A stretch of DNA of 46,161 nt from a virus. The stretch lies in the IMG/VR virus record IMGVR_UViG_3300048908_000317. The stretch is one strand, 5' to 3'. Of the stretch, positions 45,983 to 46,161 are shown one piece after another; position 1 is the first letter of the stretch; every line of letters begins with the position of its first letter. A program made the position numbers and the translations under genes. Under the pieces are notes generated by a model. That model had not been told where the DNA came from and made no database searches. It saw nothing but the letters and a program-made list of their open reading frames with translations.

Positions 45983-46161
45983 ATGGCTCATCGACCCAGG
46001 TCCAACCGTGCCGCCGCGGCCATGGCCACACGCACCTTCGCGCGCAGCCCGCTCGCATCGGCGCTCCATAGCTGCGCCTCGGCCCTCAGGTCGCGCGCGA
46101 TCTCGTGCAGCAGTACGCAGACGCGAAACCGCGCCCACAGCGTGAGTGAGTCTTCCATTGG
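45983..46161 (+). CDS. Candidate 67-aa Ser/Arg/Ala-rich ORF continuing through the junction to nt 152 (alternative to the minus-strand ORF above)
   Basis: ATG 45983 lies 1 nt after the previous stop, and its TGA overlaps the cII-like ATG (TGATG at 150-154). The composition looks like an antisense translation. Confidence 0.3.
   Translation, partial: MAHRPRSNRAAAAMATRTFARSPLASALHSCASALRSRAISCSSTQTRNRAHSVSESSI
45988..46158 (-). CDS. Candidate 56-aa helical protein on the minus strand, spanning the circular junction (alternative to the plus-strand ORF below)
   Basis: MEDSLTLWARFRVCVLLHEIARDLRAEAQLWSADASGLRAKVRVAMAAAARLDLGR. A GGGAGGAGG RBS lies at 128-136 after wrap-around. No convincing promoter found. 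Confidence 0.35.
   Translation of the reverse strand: MEDSLTLWARFRVCVLLHEIARDLRAEAQLWSADASGLRAKVRVAMAAAARLDLGR
46035..46161. repeat. Terminal direct repeat, copy 2 (identical to 1-127)
   Basis: Same 127 nt as the window start. Consistent with a circular assembly overlap or terminal redundancy. Confidence 0.95.

Larger units (their letters stand above)
1..46034. mobile_element. Complete temperate phage genome (lambdoid regulatory layout, podovirus-type virion module), circularly closed
   Basis: Integrase, excisionase-like gene, repressor/cro switch, replication, terminase, portal, capsid, tail, lysis genes all present. 127-nt identity between the two window ends. Almost no non-coding DNA. 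Confidence 0.8.

Noticed and set aside
45615-46145. 176-aa plus-strand ORF overlapping the cro-like gene's 3-prime end, the 54-aa gene and the junction region
   Set aside because: It is an Arg/Pro/Gly-rich shadow frame with no RBS. It conflicts with two shorter ORFs that have strong SDs and sensible sequences.

Overview
The window is a GC-rich, very gene-dense, complete temperate phage genome. Nucleotides 1-127 are identical to 46035-46161, so the unique sequence is 46,034 bp and closes into a circle.

Layout is lambdoid:
- Immunity switch at 44.7-45.8 kb: a short XRE-type cI-like repressor on the minus strand, a divergent cro-like gene, and shared operator motifs in predicted PL and PR promoters.
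- Rightward operon, wrapping through the junction: cII-like HTH, DUF1376/YdaU-type replication protein, DnaB-C-terminal-type helicase, RuvC-like resolvase, small ORFs, a J-domain protein, terS and terL.
- Podovirus (T7-order, BPP-1-flavoured) structural module: portal, scaffold, major capsid, cement-like protein, tail tubular A/B-like proteins, three internal virion proteins (one with an SLT domain, one of 1864 aa) and a beta-helix tailspike.
- Lysis cassette: holin, GH104 endolysin and an embedded Rz/Rz1 spanin pair.
- Minus-strand arm (33.8-44.7 kb): a 3-gene moron operon (SGNH lipoprotein esterase), candidate attP, tyrosine integrase, DUF4224 excisionase-like gene, and about 25 tightly coupled early genes including NinB, an HNH/DUF968-like protein and a Rad52-like annealing protein.

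Most worth a second look:
1. An HslV/proteasome-beta-like Ntn hydrolase translationally coupled between the two tail tubular genes.
2. A pentapeptide-repeat protein as the first PL gene. It is built from 24 near-identical 15-nt units whose only differences are nonsynonymous.
3. A conserved 15-17 nt box that starts an MRRT mini-ORF, present three times at module boundaries.
4. A terL reading frame that runs 181 nt into the downstream GNAT gene.
5. A three-gene fibre/glycosidase insertion between portal and scaffold.
6. A chain of five tiny overlapping ORFs, three of them membrane peptides.

No tRNA, rRNA, CRISPR array, reverse transcriptase or transposase was recognised. All product calls come from motif reading by eye and no database search was run.
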